Origin: an uncultured Candidatus Saccharibacteria bacterium
Lineage (GTDB): Bacteria; Patescibacteriota; Minisyncoccia; Minisyncoccales; Minisyncoccaceae
Length of the DNA: 34,037 nucleotides
NCBI GenBank assembly: GCA_964547725.1
Contig: CAZJOO010000001.1
Span: forward strand, 1,535 to 35,571
Reading direction: 5' to 3'
Made by a program: the position numbers and the translations under genes. Below, piece after piece: positions 18,975 to 26,842 of the stretch (the first letter of the stretch is position 1; every line of letters starts with the position of its first letter). The notes beneath the pieces are model-generated. The model had not been told where the DNA came from and did not search any database. It saw only the letters and a list, made by a program, of their open reading frames with translations.

Positions 18975-20172
18975 AAAAATAATTATTGTTGGTTTTGGAA
19001 GAGAGGGGAAGAATACCTACAAAACATTAAAAAAACTTTTTCCGTTAAAGTCTATTGCTTTGGCTGATAAAAATATAGTTAAGGCGGAAGAAAAAGAAAT
19101 TTATACAGGAAAGGATTACCTACAAAACATTAATAAATACGACGTTATTATTAAGACTCCTGGAGTGCCTTATGACCAAATAAAAGAAAAATCTGGGAAG
19201 GCAATAATTACCTCTCAGACAGAATTGTTTATCGAAAATTGTCCCGGAAAAATCATTGGTGTCACTGGAACAAAAGGAAAAAGTACAACCACGACTTTAA
19301 TTTACAAAATACTTAAAGATAATTTTAAAAACGTTAAGCTGGTAGGGAATATGGGGAAACCTTGTTTGTCTCACCTGATAACAGCAAAACCAAAAGATAT
19401 TTTTGTTTTTGAAATGTCTTGTCATCAATTAGATCATATTTCAAAAAGTCCCAATATTTCTGTCTTTACAAATATATATCCTGAACACTTAGATTATTAC
19501 AAAACTATTTCAAGATACTTTAAGGCTAAAAAAAACATAGCAAAGTTCCAAGGTAAAAATGACTTCTTTGTTTACAATCCTATTTTTAAAGAAATTGAAA
19601 ATATAAAAACAAAAGCTCATAAAATTCCTTTTGAAAAATCATTCTCACGAGAAAAAATACATAACGATACTATTAGCGCGGCCGTTGCTGTCTCTAAAAT
19701 ATTTGGTTTAACGGAAAAAGAAATTAAGAAAAGCATTGATGATTTTAAAACCTTAGATTCAAGGATTGAATTCGTGGGGAACTTTAATGGTGTTGATTTC
19801 TATAACGATTCTTTAGCAACAATACCTGAGGCAACAATATTCGCCTTAAATCAATTTAAGAAAGTTGACACTCTTATTTTGGGAGGGTTAGATAGGGGAA
19901 TTAAGTTTACTAAACTTACCGACGAAATTAAAAAAAGAAAAATAGAAAATATTATTCTTTTTCCAAACACAGATAAAAAAATATATAAAGAAATAAAAAA
20001 AGAAAAAATTAATTTCTTTTTTACTGAAAAGATGAAAGAGGCGGTTGAGTTTGCTAAAAAAAATACAAAGAAAGGTGGAGTTTGTTTGCTATCACCGGCA
20101 GCGCCAAGTTATAATCTTTTTAAAGACTATAAAGATAAGGGTAATCAATTTAAAAAATATTTAAAAAAATGA
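18949..20172 (+). CDS. murD: UDP-N-acetylmuramoylalanine--glutamate ligase (MurD family; D-Glu versus L-Glu specificity unknown)
   Basis: 407 aa. N-terminal 'IIIVGFGREG' and the Mur-ligase P-loop 'GVTGTKGKSTTT'. Confidence 0.85.
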   Translation: MKLKELKDKKIIIVGFGREGKNTYKTLKKLFPLKSIALADKNIVKAEEKEIYTGKDYLQNINKYDVIIKTPGVPYDQIKEKSGKAIITSQTELFIENCPGKIIGVTGTKGKSTTTTLIYKILKDNFKNVKLVGNMGKPCLSHLITAKPKDIFVFEMSCHQLDHISKSPNISVFTNIYPEHLDYYKTISRYFKAKKNIAKFQGKNDFFVYNPIFKEIENIKTKAHKIPFEKSFSREKIHNDTISAAVAVSKIFGLTEKEIKKSIDDFKTLDSRIEFVGNFNGVDFYNDSLATIPEATIFALNQFKKVDTLILGGLDRGIKFTKLTDEIKKRKIENIILFPNTDKKIYKEIKKEKINFFFTEKMKEAVEFAKKNTKKGGVCLLSPAAPSYNLFKDYKDKGNQFKKYLKK

Positions 20173-21272
20173 GAGTAAAAAATTCACACCTTCCTAGTTT
20201 TCCACTTTTAATTTGCTCTTTACTTTTTATCGTTACTGGAATTATAACTATTGCTACCGCTTCTCCAGCCTTTGCTTTAAACGAAGGACTTTCATCTAAT
20301 TATTATTTAATCCATCAACTATTATTTGGTTTTCTTCCTGGAATTTTTTTAGGAATGATAGCTTTTTTTATCCCATTAGATTTTTTAAAAAAATATGCTT
20401 TTCTATTCTTCTTAGTTTCTTACCTTTTAATGTATACTGTTTTTATTCCAGGAATTGGTATTTGTGAAGGAGGAGCTTGTAGGTGGGCAAACATTTTAGG
20501 ATTCAATTTTCAGCCAGTAGAATTTTTAAAACTAACGGTAATAATTTATTTAGGAGCTTTGTTTAGTAGTGAAAAAATAAAAAATCCTATTATCAATTTT
20601 GTTATTATTATTGGATTAATTGCACTAGCTCTTTTTCTTCAATCCAACCTAAGTACTTTAATCACAATCTTTATTATTGCAGTAGCTATTCTTTTTTCCT
20701 CAAATACAAAGATGAAAAAAGTTTTAATGATTGGTCTTGTTGGTCTTTTGTTGTTTTGTGTCATGATTTTTACTTCACCTTACCGGATGGAAAGAGTAAT
20801 GACTTTTATTAATCCACTGGACGATACTTCGGGAAATGCCTATCAAATAAATCAATCTTTGATTTCTATTGGCTCTGGAGGAATTAATGGTTCTGGTCTT
20901 GGGCTAAGCGCACAAAAACTTGGCTTTGTCCCAGAATCAATGTCTGACTCTATTTTTGCAATTTATGCAGAAGAACTTGGTTTTCTTGGCTGTGCCTCCT
21001 TATTTTTCTTGTTAATATTCTTTGCTTTCTACTCCATTAAAATGGCGAAAGAATCTAGCGCTTTCGGAAAACTACTTTCCGTGGGTATTTGCACATGGAT
21101 TATTACTCAATCCTTTATTAACATCTCTGCTATGAGTGGATTAATTCCGCTTTCAGGAACACCTCTTCCATTTTTAAGTTATGGAGGTACGCATCTTGTT
21201 ATAGAGCTAACTGCCTTAGGAGTATTACTAAACGTATCAAGGTCTATTAATAATAAAAAAAATAATATATAA
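20169..21272 (+). CDS. ftsW: SEDS-family peptidoglycan glycosyltransferase (FtsW/RodA)
   Basis: 367-aa polytopic protein with 'QPVEFLKL', 'SDSIFA' and 'PLPFLSYGGT'. ATGA overlap with murD. Confidence 0.85.
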   Translation: MRVKNSHLPSFPLLICSLLFIVTGIITIATASPAFALNEGLSSNYYLIHQLLFGFLPGIFLGMIAFFIPLDFLKKYAFLFFLVSYLLMYTVFIPGIGICEGGACRWANILGFNFQPVEFLKLTVIIYLGALFSSEKIKNPIINFVIIIGLIALALFLQSNLSTLITIFIIAVAILFSSNTKMKKVLMIGLVGLLLFCVMIFTSPYRMERVMTFINPLDDTSGNAYQINQSLISIGSGGINGSGLGLSAQKLGFVPESMSDSIFAIYAEELGFLGCASLFFLLIFFAFYSIKMAKESSAFGKLLSVGICTWIITQSFINISAMSGLIPLSGTPLPFLSYGGTHLVIELTALGVLLNVSRSINNKKNNI

Positions 21273-21279
21273 TATAAGC

Positions 21280-22407
21280 ATGAAAATAATTTTGACTGGA
21301 GGAGGTACAGGAGGACACACATTTCCACTTATTGCAATTCTAAGAGAAATAAAAAAGAATTCCCTTAATTCGATTGATTTTTTATATTTAGGACCAAAAG
21401 ATAAATTTACTTACGATGCTTTTTTAAAAGAAGGTGTTCCCATTAATTTTTGTTCCGCTGGAAAAATAAGAAGATATGGTGGGGTACAAACCTTTTTTCA
21501 AAACCTGAACGATATTTTATTTAACATTCCTTTGGGGATAATTCAATCTTTCTTAAAAATATATTTCTATGCACCAGACCTCATTCTAAGCAAAGGAGGA
21601 TATGGCTCTTTTCCCGTTGTTTTTGCCGGAATGCTTTTAGGTGTTCCTATCGTAATGCATGAATCAGATGTTATTCCCGGAAAAGCAAATAGAATGTTGT
21701 CATCTTTTGCTTTCAAAATTTACGTGGCCTTTGATCCAAAAGAAGTAAGTTATTTTTCTATTAAAAAAATGATTCATTCAGGGAACCCTATAAGAGAAAG
21801 TGTTTTGAATGGAAGTAGAAATAAAGCAAAAGAGAGTCTAAACTTAAATTTTAAAAAACCAACCGTTTTATTTATAGGAGGATCTCAGGGCTCTACTAGA
21901 ATAAACGAACTTGTCATTCAAACTATTCCAGAAATATTAAAGTTTTTTGAGGTTATTCATCAAACAGGATATGAAGACTATGAAAACGTTAAAAAGTATA
22001 CCGATGCTCTTATTCCAGACGAGCTAAAAAACGACTACCATATATATTCTTTTTTTGACGAAGAAAAAATACAAAACGCCTACAGTGCTTCGGATGTTGT
22101 TGTGACAAGGGCAGGTTCTGGAACAATTTTCGAAATAAGTGCGATCGGAAGACCAAGCATCCTTATTCCACTACCAGAATCAGCACAAGGACATCAATTA
22201 AAAAATGCTTTAACTTACGCAAAATTAACAGGTTCTGCTATAGTTATAGAAGAAAAGAATTTAACTGCAAACTTCTTCCTAGCTGAATTAAAAAATATTT
22301 TTCAATTTAAAGATATTGCTGAACTAGGGAGAAAGGCGAGACAGTTTGGAATTCCAAATAGTGCTGAATTTATAGCCAAAGATATTATTTCATTTTTAGA
22401 ATCATAA
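21280..22407 (+). CDS. murG: UDP-GlcNAc:lipid I N-acetylglucosaminyltransferase
   Basis: 375 aa with 'TGGGTGGHTFP', 'GGSQGS' and 'TRAGSGTIFE'. Confidence 0.9.
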   Translation: MKIILTGGGTGGHTFPLIAILREIKKNSLNSIDFLYLGPKDKFTYDAFLKEGVPINFCSAGKIRRYGGVQTFFQNLNDILFNIPLGIIQSFLKIYFYAPDLILSKGGYGSFPVVFAGMLLGVPIVMHESDVIPGKANRMLSSFAFKIYVAFDPKEVSYFSIKKMIHSGNPIRESVLNGSRNKAKESLNLNFKKPTVLFIGGSQGSTRINELVIQTIPEILKFFEVIHQTGYEDYENVKKYTDALIPDELKNDYHIYSFFDEEKIQNAYSASDVVVTRAGSGTIFEISAIGRPSILIPLPESAQGHQLKNALTYAKLTGSAIVIEEKNLTANFFLAELKNIFQFKDIAELGRKARQFGIPNSAEFIAKDIISFLES

Positions 22408-22424
22408 ATAATTAAATTAAAATC

Positions 22425-22802
22425 ATGTTTAAAAAATTATCAATATTACTATTCATCTTTTCGTTATTATTTTGTTTTAATGTTAATTCTTGTAAGGCAG
22501 AGACTATTGATGATATAAACATAAGCGGAGAGGAGCTCACAGAACAAATCATAGACAAGGTGTTCAGTATTGATTTTTTAAGCGAGATTAAGAAGGTTTG
22601 GGACGAGAACTTCTCTATATACTACAGCTGGTTCAAGACAAACATCCAACCTAAGATAACAAACGCCTTAGAAAAGGTTACAGCAACTGAAGAATACGCG
22701 AAAGAAAAAGAAGAGCTTAAAAGCGAATTTCCAAGTATTATTGAAAAATTAATTAATATTTTTCAGAAGACTACTACGGATGAGGTTATAGAAGAGGAAT
22801 AA
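22425..22802 (+). CDS. Hypothetical secreted acidic protein
   Basis: 125 aa. Signal-peptide-like 'MFKKLSILLFIFSLLFCFNVNSCKA' followed by an acidic helical region. No recognisable family. Confidence 0.5.
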   Translation: MFKKLSILLFIFSLLFCFNVNSCKAETIDDINISGEELTEQIIDKVFSIDFLSEIKKVWDENFSIYYSWFKTNIQPKITNALEKVTATEEYAKEKEELKSEFPSIIEKLINIFQKTTTDEVIEEE

Positions 22803-23020
22803 TATAAATATTAATTAAAAGTAATATTTTAAATTTTAGATTTATATCAAAGGGAAGGGGTTGATTCATTTTTACATAGATGATACTATAATGTCGTACA
22901 ATGTAGATTAACCGACACAAAAGGAATCAACTTTAAATTAAGACGATACTTTATACCTATAATTGCTTAAAACGCATTTTACGGCCTCGCATTATTTAAT
23001 AATTAACATATAATTAATGT

Positions 23021-23977
23021 ATGAACGAATCCAACACTCCTATCATTAAACATATCCCCGATTTTTTAGATTATTTAGAAATTGAACGTGGACTCTCAAA
23101 TAATACTCAAAAAAACTATAATCGCTATCTTAAGAAGTTTTGCTTTTGGCTAAAGTCAAAAAACAAAGAAAATATACTACCTCATGAACTTACCCCTGAA
23201 GATATTTGGGATTATAGACTCTATTTAGCTCGTTATACAGACGTCAAAGGCAAACCATTGAGTAAACTTACCCAGAACTACTATTTGATAGCCCTAAGAA
23301 GCCTTTTAAGCTATTTTACGGATAAAGACGTTCAAAGTATCCCCTCGGACAAAATAAAGCTTCCTAAGGACTCTCGAAATGAAAAAAATGTAAAATTCCT
23401 TTCATTAGATCAAATAGAACGTCTTTTAATGGCACCGAAGGTAAATAATGCTCAAGGAATTAGAGACCGTGCTATTCTAGAAAGCCTTTTTTCAACAGGA
23501 CTTCGTATTGCCGAACTCGTTGCTTTAAACACAGAACAATTTAAAAATATAAAAAATAATACTAATTTAGAAGTTAGTATTATTGGTAAAGGAAATCGTC
23601 CAAGAACTGTTTATTTCTCAGAGAGATCTCTTGATTGGATTAAAAAATACTTAGAGGTTAGAGATGATGATTGTAAAGCCTTATTCATTAACTACCGGTC
23701 TAGAAAAGACTCAGACAAACGTTTAACCGTTAGGTCTATAGAAAGACTTGTTAAGAACTACGCCACCTTAGCAAATATTCCATTCTTCACAACTCCTCAT
23801 ACATTAAGACATTCCATGGCTACTGATTTATTAAACAAAGGAGTTGATTTAAGAACCATTCAAGAATTCCTAGGACACAGAAATATAGCTACCACTCAAA
23901 TATATACCCACGTTACTAACAAAAAATTAAAAGACGTTCACAAGGAGTTCCACTCGGGAAAAGAGATGAAGAATTAA
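23021..23977 (+). CDS. Tyrosine site-specific recombinase, XerC/XerD-like
   Basis: 318 aa. N-terminal core-binding domain and the catalytic residues in 'TGLRIAEL', 'HTLRHSMAT' and 'GHRNIATTQIYTHV'. About 10 of 22 Arg codons are CGN, against almost exclusively AGA/AGG in neighbouring genes. Confidence 0.85.
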   Translation: MNESNTPIIKHIPDFLDYLEIERGLSNNTQKNYNRYLKKFCFWLKSKNKENILPHELTPEDIWDYRLYLARYTDVKGKPLSKLTQNYYLIALRSLLSYFTDKDVQSIPSDKIKLPKDSRNEKNVKFLSLDQIERLLMAPKVNNAQGIRDRAILESLFSTGLRIAELVALNTEQFKNIKNNTNLEVSIIGKGNRPRTVYFSERSLDWIKKYLEVRDDDCKALFINYRSRKDSDKRLTVRSIERLVKNYATLANIPFFTTPHTLRHSMATDLLNKGVDLRTIQEFLGHRNIATTQIYTHVTNKKLKDVHKEFHSGKEMKN

Positions 23978-24036
23978 AATGTCGCACAATAAAAAAGGAG
24001 GCCGTACTTAATACTTCCCCCACTTTTTTGTTTAAA

Positions 24037-24171
24037 TCATTCCCAAATTTCCGCATAGTCTCGCGGGATAGAAGGTTTTGACTTCTTAGGAATAACACCA
24101 TTCGCATAAAAAGTTTTTCTTTTTCTGGATGTTTGATTTAATCCACTTTTAAGATTGTTTCTTGCGACCAC
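24037..24171 (-). CDS. Speculative 44-aa basic peptide (GTG start)
   Basis: I translated this by hand as VVARNNLKSGLNQTSRKRKTFYANGVIPKKSKPSIPRDYAEIWE. It lies downstream of a minus-strand TTGACA-17-TATATA element and an aagg Shine-Dalgarno-like sequence. No family recognised, and it could be non-coding. Confidence 0.2.
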   Translation of the reverse strand: MVARNNLKSGLNQTSRKRKTFYANGVIPKKSKPSIPRDYAEIWE

Positions 24172-24187
24172 AATAAAAACCTTATTC

Positions 24188-24262
24188 TATATAGCTTTTT
24201 TATTTCGAATTGTCAAATAATCCCCTATTTTTGTTGACACTACCCTTTTTTTGTTTTATGCT
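24188..24262. promoter_or_regulatory. Back-to-back divergent sigma70-like promoters
   Basis: Minus strand: TTGACA (24216-24211), 17 nt, TATATA (24193-24188). Plus strand: TTGACA (24234-24239), 17 nt, TATGCT (24257-24262). The two -35 boxes are 17 nt apart. Confidence 0.4.
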
Positions 24263-24371
24263 AAGAATAGCTATTTAAAATACCAAAGAATGGTCATTTT
24301 ATGTTTATTTTAAAAATATATATAAATTGGCTATTCTTTATCTTGAAAAGAATGGTCCTAGAGGTTTGTAA

Positions 24372-25154
24372 ATGGATGCAATAATTATTTCGCACAGTCG
24401 AATTGATTCAGCTTCCGGAAAAGTAAGTGAAGTTTGGTCCTCAATTGTTGAAGGAGCGATAGAATTCGCCCTTGAACACAAGAAGGAAATAGCTGTTCTA
24501 GCCCCAACCAAGTCATATAATGACATTGAGGAATATTATTCCTTGGTTCGGAAAGCAACAAAGCTAACCAAAAAAATCATTCTTCCTTTTTCAAAAGGAA
24601 GTCCAGAATTTGTTGAGATGTTGAACGATTTTAAGGGTGAAATCGTATTCGTAAATACGCCACCACCTAAGGAGTGGAAAGAAAAACTCACTAAAGAAAT
24701 TCCCTATGTTGGACTCGATGAGTATTTAATAGGACTCACTGCAGCCGAAACTCTTCTTGGTTTTAAAAACCACTATCGAAAAGTCCTCGTATTGAGACAT
24801 GAAAAATCACACGAAGGCCACAATCTTCGAATCGAGGGAATTAAATCTTCCGGACTTGAAGTCGTGGAATTATTCATTGATCCCGAAAAAGGAAAATGTG
24901 TTATTCCACCCAAACTAAGACACCTTTCGGTCATAACCTTGGGTATAAGAGGAACAGAAGTAGCTTTAAGAAGCAAGTCAAAAACTATTGTTGCTATTGA
25001 TAGTAACGAAAAAATTGAAACTGCTCTCAAGGAAGGCAAAATTCTTGCCATACTTCTCCAAGACCCAAAATCGCAAGGAAAACTAGCGGCAGAAAAACTC
25101 TTTTCAGGAGATAAAAAAGATTATTTTATGAGACCACAAATCTTATACGGATAA
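24372..25154 (+). CDS. Cytoplasmic periplasmic-binding-protein type I (RbsB/LacI effector-domain-like) protein
   Basis: 260 aa with no signal peptide. The pattern 'IVFVNTPPP...YVGLDEYLIGLTAAETLL...KVLVLRHEKSHEGHNLRIEGI...IVAIDSNEKIETALKEGKILAILLQDPKSQGKLAAEKL' follows the ribose-binding-protein/LacI sugar-binding fold. It aligns end to end with the C-terminal ~245 aa of the ORF at 32112-33971. An AGAGG Shine-Dalgarno sequence lies 8 nt upstream. Confidence 0.6.
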   Translation: MDAIIISHSRIDSASGKVSEVWSSIVEGAIEFALEHKKEIAVLAPTKSYNDIEEYYSLVRKATKLTKKIILPFSKGSPEFVEMLNDFKGEIVFVNTPPPKEWKEKLTKEIPYVGLDEYLIGLTAAETLLGFKNHYRKVLVLRHEKSHEGHNLRIEGIKSSGLEVVELFIDPEKGKCVIPPKLRHLSVITLGIRGTEVALRSKSKTIVAIDSNEKIETALKEGKILAILLQDPKSQGKLAAEKLFSGDKKDYFMRPQILYG

Positions 25155-25167
25155 TCTCTTTTTTTTT
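25118..25167 (+). terminator. Possible terminator (weak stem, strong T-run)
   Basis: agattat (25118-25124) / ataatct (25151-25157) inverted repeat with a large loop, followed by nine T (25159-25167). Confidence 0.3.
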
Positions 25168-25221
25168 AAATAAATTATTTAAGAAATTTCCTATTTAAAA
25201 AAAATATGCTATATTAATTAT

Positions 25222-25875
25222 ATGAAAATAGACTTACATTGCCACACAAAATATTCAAAGGATGCGATGTCTTCCTTGGACGAAATATTTTATCAAGCAC
25301 AAAAAAGGGGCTTAGATGGAATCGCTATTACTGACCATGAAAACACAAAGGGTTGGAATGATGCCATAATTGCAGCAAAAAAATACAACATGCAAGTTAT
25401 TCTGGGAGAGGAAATAAAATCTAAAAATGGTGATATTTTAGGGCTTTTTCTAAATAAAGAAATAAATATGAAAGGAGAAAATCCTGAAAAAATCATTAAT
25501 GAAATTCACGCCCAAAATGGAATCGCAATCATCCCCCACCCTTTTGACTTTAACAATCCTTTTAAAGATGTAGAAAAATATTTAAGTCTTGTTGATGGAA
25601 TAGAAATATTTAACGCTCGAAGAATTTTTAGTAAAGATAATGATAAGGCAAAAAAACTATCAGAGAAATATCCTCACTTAAATATAACCGCAGGAAGCGA
25701 TAATCATACCCATAAGGCTATTGGTTATGCTTACGTAGAATCGCAAGCAAACAATTTAGAAGATTTTAAAAAAGATTTATTAAATAAGAACGTAAGATGG
25801 TTTGGTAAAAAAGCACCGCCATTATATCTCCTAACTCCTTCTTTAAAGAAAATAAAAAATGCTATCTTTAGATAG
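25222..25875 (+). CDS. PHP-domain metal-dependent phosphoesterase
   Basis: 217 aa with 'IDLHCHTKYS', 'IAITDHEN', 'GEEI', 'IIPHPFD' and 'AGSDNHTH', the histidine/aspartate motif series of the PHP family. Confidence 0.8.
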   Translation: MKIDLHCHTKYSKDAMSSLDEIFYQAQKRGLDGIAITDHENTKGWNDAIIAAKKYNMQVILGEEIKSKNGDILGLFLNKEINMKGENPEKIINEIHAQNGIAIIPHPFDFNNPFKDVEKYLSLVDGIEIFNARRIFSKDNDKAKKLSEKYPHLNITAGSDNHTHKAIGYAYVESQANNLEDFKKDLLNKNVRWFGKKAPPLYLLTPSLKKIKNAIFR

Positions 25876-25885
25876 CATTTCTTAT
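25854..25885. terminator. Hairpin between the convergent PHP and CDP-alcohol transferase genes
   Basis: Perfect inverted repeat tgctatct (25860-25867) / agatagca (25870-25877), preceded by an A-run and followed by tttcttatt. It spans the PHP stop codon. Confidence 0.5.
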
Positions 25886-25894
25886 TATCCTCTC

Positions 25895-26506
25895 TTATTT
25901 AATATCTTTTTTATTTAAATTAATTGCTGAAAAAAATCTTTGCAATGCTGTGAAATTAGAAAGTACAGCGATAACAATTAAAATAATTGTTGCAATGTAT
26001 GCTTGAGATAAAGTCAATAAAATAAATATTATAAAAATTAAAATGATTCGTTCTCCTCTAGACATTAATCCTCCCTTTAATTCCTGATTAACTAGTTCTT
26101 TTTCTTTTGCTGCAGCCTTGGCATAAGTAGTTACAATCGAACCAAATATTGCTAAGAAAACCCAAGCATGTGCAGGAATTAAAATCTCTGGCAAAGCTAC
26201 AAAAAGAAGACCAAAAAGCATTATTCCTTCTACATATCTATCAACAACAGTGTCTATATATGCTCCTGTTTTAGAAGACATGTTTTTTGCTCTCGCGACA
26301 GAACCATCAACAAAATCTAGAATACCGGCGAAAAAAAACATTACAAAAGCAGGTCCGAAACTAAGAGTGACTGTAAAGTATAATCCTGCTAAGGCGAAAA
26401 CTACGCTTAAAGCTGTCCATTGATTAGGTGTAATTGGCAACTTTCCTAAAGTTCTACCAATAAACCTTTCCTCTGATTTAAACCACTCTCTTTTTAGATC
26501 TAACAT
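25895..26506 (-). CDS. CDP-alcohol phosphatidyltransferase family protein; from context, a candidate (archaetidyl/phosphatidyl)inositol-phosphate synthase or a DIPP-synthase-like enzyme
   Basis: 203-aa polytopic protein. It has the complete family motif D-x2-DG-x2-AR-x8-G-x3-D-x3-D in 'DFVDGSVARAKNMSSKTGAYIDTVVD'. It is the last gene of a minus-strand run that contains a MIPS gene. Confidence 0.8.
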   Translation of the reverse strand: MLDLKREWFKSEERFIGRTLGKLPITPNQWTALSVVFALAGLYFTVTLSFGPAFVMFFFAGILDFVDGSVARAKNMSSKTGAYIDTVVDRYVEGIMLFGLLFVALPEILIPAHAWVFLAIFGSIVTTYAKAAAKEKELVNQELKGGLMSRGERIILIFIIFILLTLSQAYIATIILIVIAVLSNFTALQRFFSAINLNKKDIK

Positions 26507-26510
26507 AAAT

Positions 26511-26822
26511 TTATTTTTTTAATTTTTCTAATAAATCTTCTGTGTATGATATCATTTTTTGAAGTTCTTCTTTTCCCTTCTCTGTTGTCCTATAGGCTTT
26601 CTTGCTTTGGAATCTTTCTTTTTTAATATAACCTTCTTGCATTAGAGTATAAAAAACTTTTTGCTTTTGTAAAAAACTAGGCAAAAAATCAAACTTCTCT
26701 AAAATTTTCGCATTAAGAGAATCTTTAACAATTTCCTGATCTTTTCCTAAGAAAAGAATATAAACCCAAAGATTTCTTTCTTTGGTAAAATCTTTGAATC
26801 TTTTAAGTGGAGTTCTTGACAT
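26511..26822 (-). CDS. PadR-like winged-helix transcriptional regulator (short form)
   Basis: 103 aa. 'NLWVYILFL...' plus 'FYTLMQEGYIKKE...AYRTTEKGKEEL' follows the PadR wHTH pattern. It is a paralog of the ORF at 29339-29638. Confidence 0.65.
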   Translation of the reverse strand: MSRTPLKRFKDFTKERNLWVYILFLGKDQEIVKDSLNAKILEKFDFLPSFLQKQKVFYTLMQEGYIKKERFQSKKAYRTTEKGKEELQKMISYTEDLLEKLKK

Positions 26823-26842
26823 AATATTTAAAATTATATTAA

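Noticed and set aside
22998-23030. A dif-like Xer target at the recombinase start: AATTAACATAT resembles the reverse complement of the E. coli XerD arm
   Set aside because: Only one arm matches (9 of 11), and the opposite arm and the palindromic CATAA/TTATG core are absent. The sequence is AT-rich and overlaps the start codon, so chance resemblance is likely.
23978-24036. An intrinsic terminator immediately after the recombinase gene (aaaaaaggaggccgtacttaatacttcccccactttttt)
   Set aside because: It has flanking A- and T-runs, but I could not find a convincing complementary stem: GGAGG versus CCCCC mismatches in the middle.
23916-24107. 63-aa minus-strand ORF in the gap after the recombinase
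   Set aside because: It overlaps the recombinase 3' end, has no upstream promoter or Shine-Dalgarno sequence, and its composition does not look protein-like. A different-frame 44-codon ORF downstream of a promoter-like element is reported instead, at low confidence.
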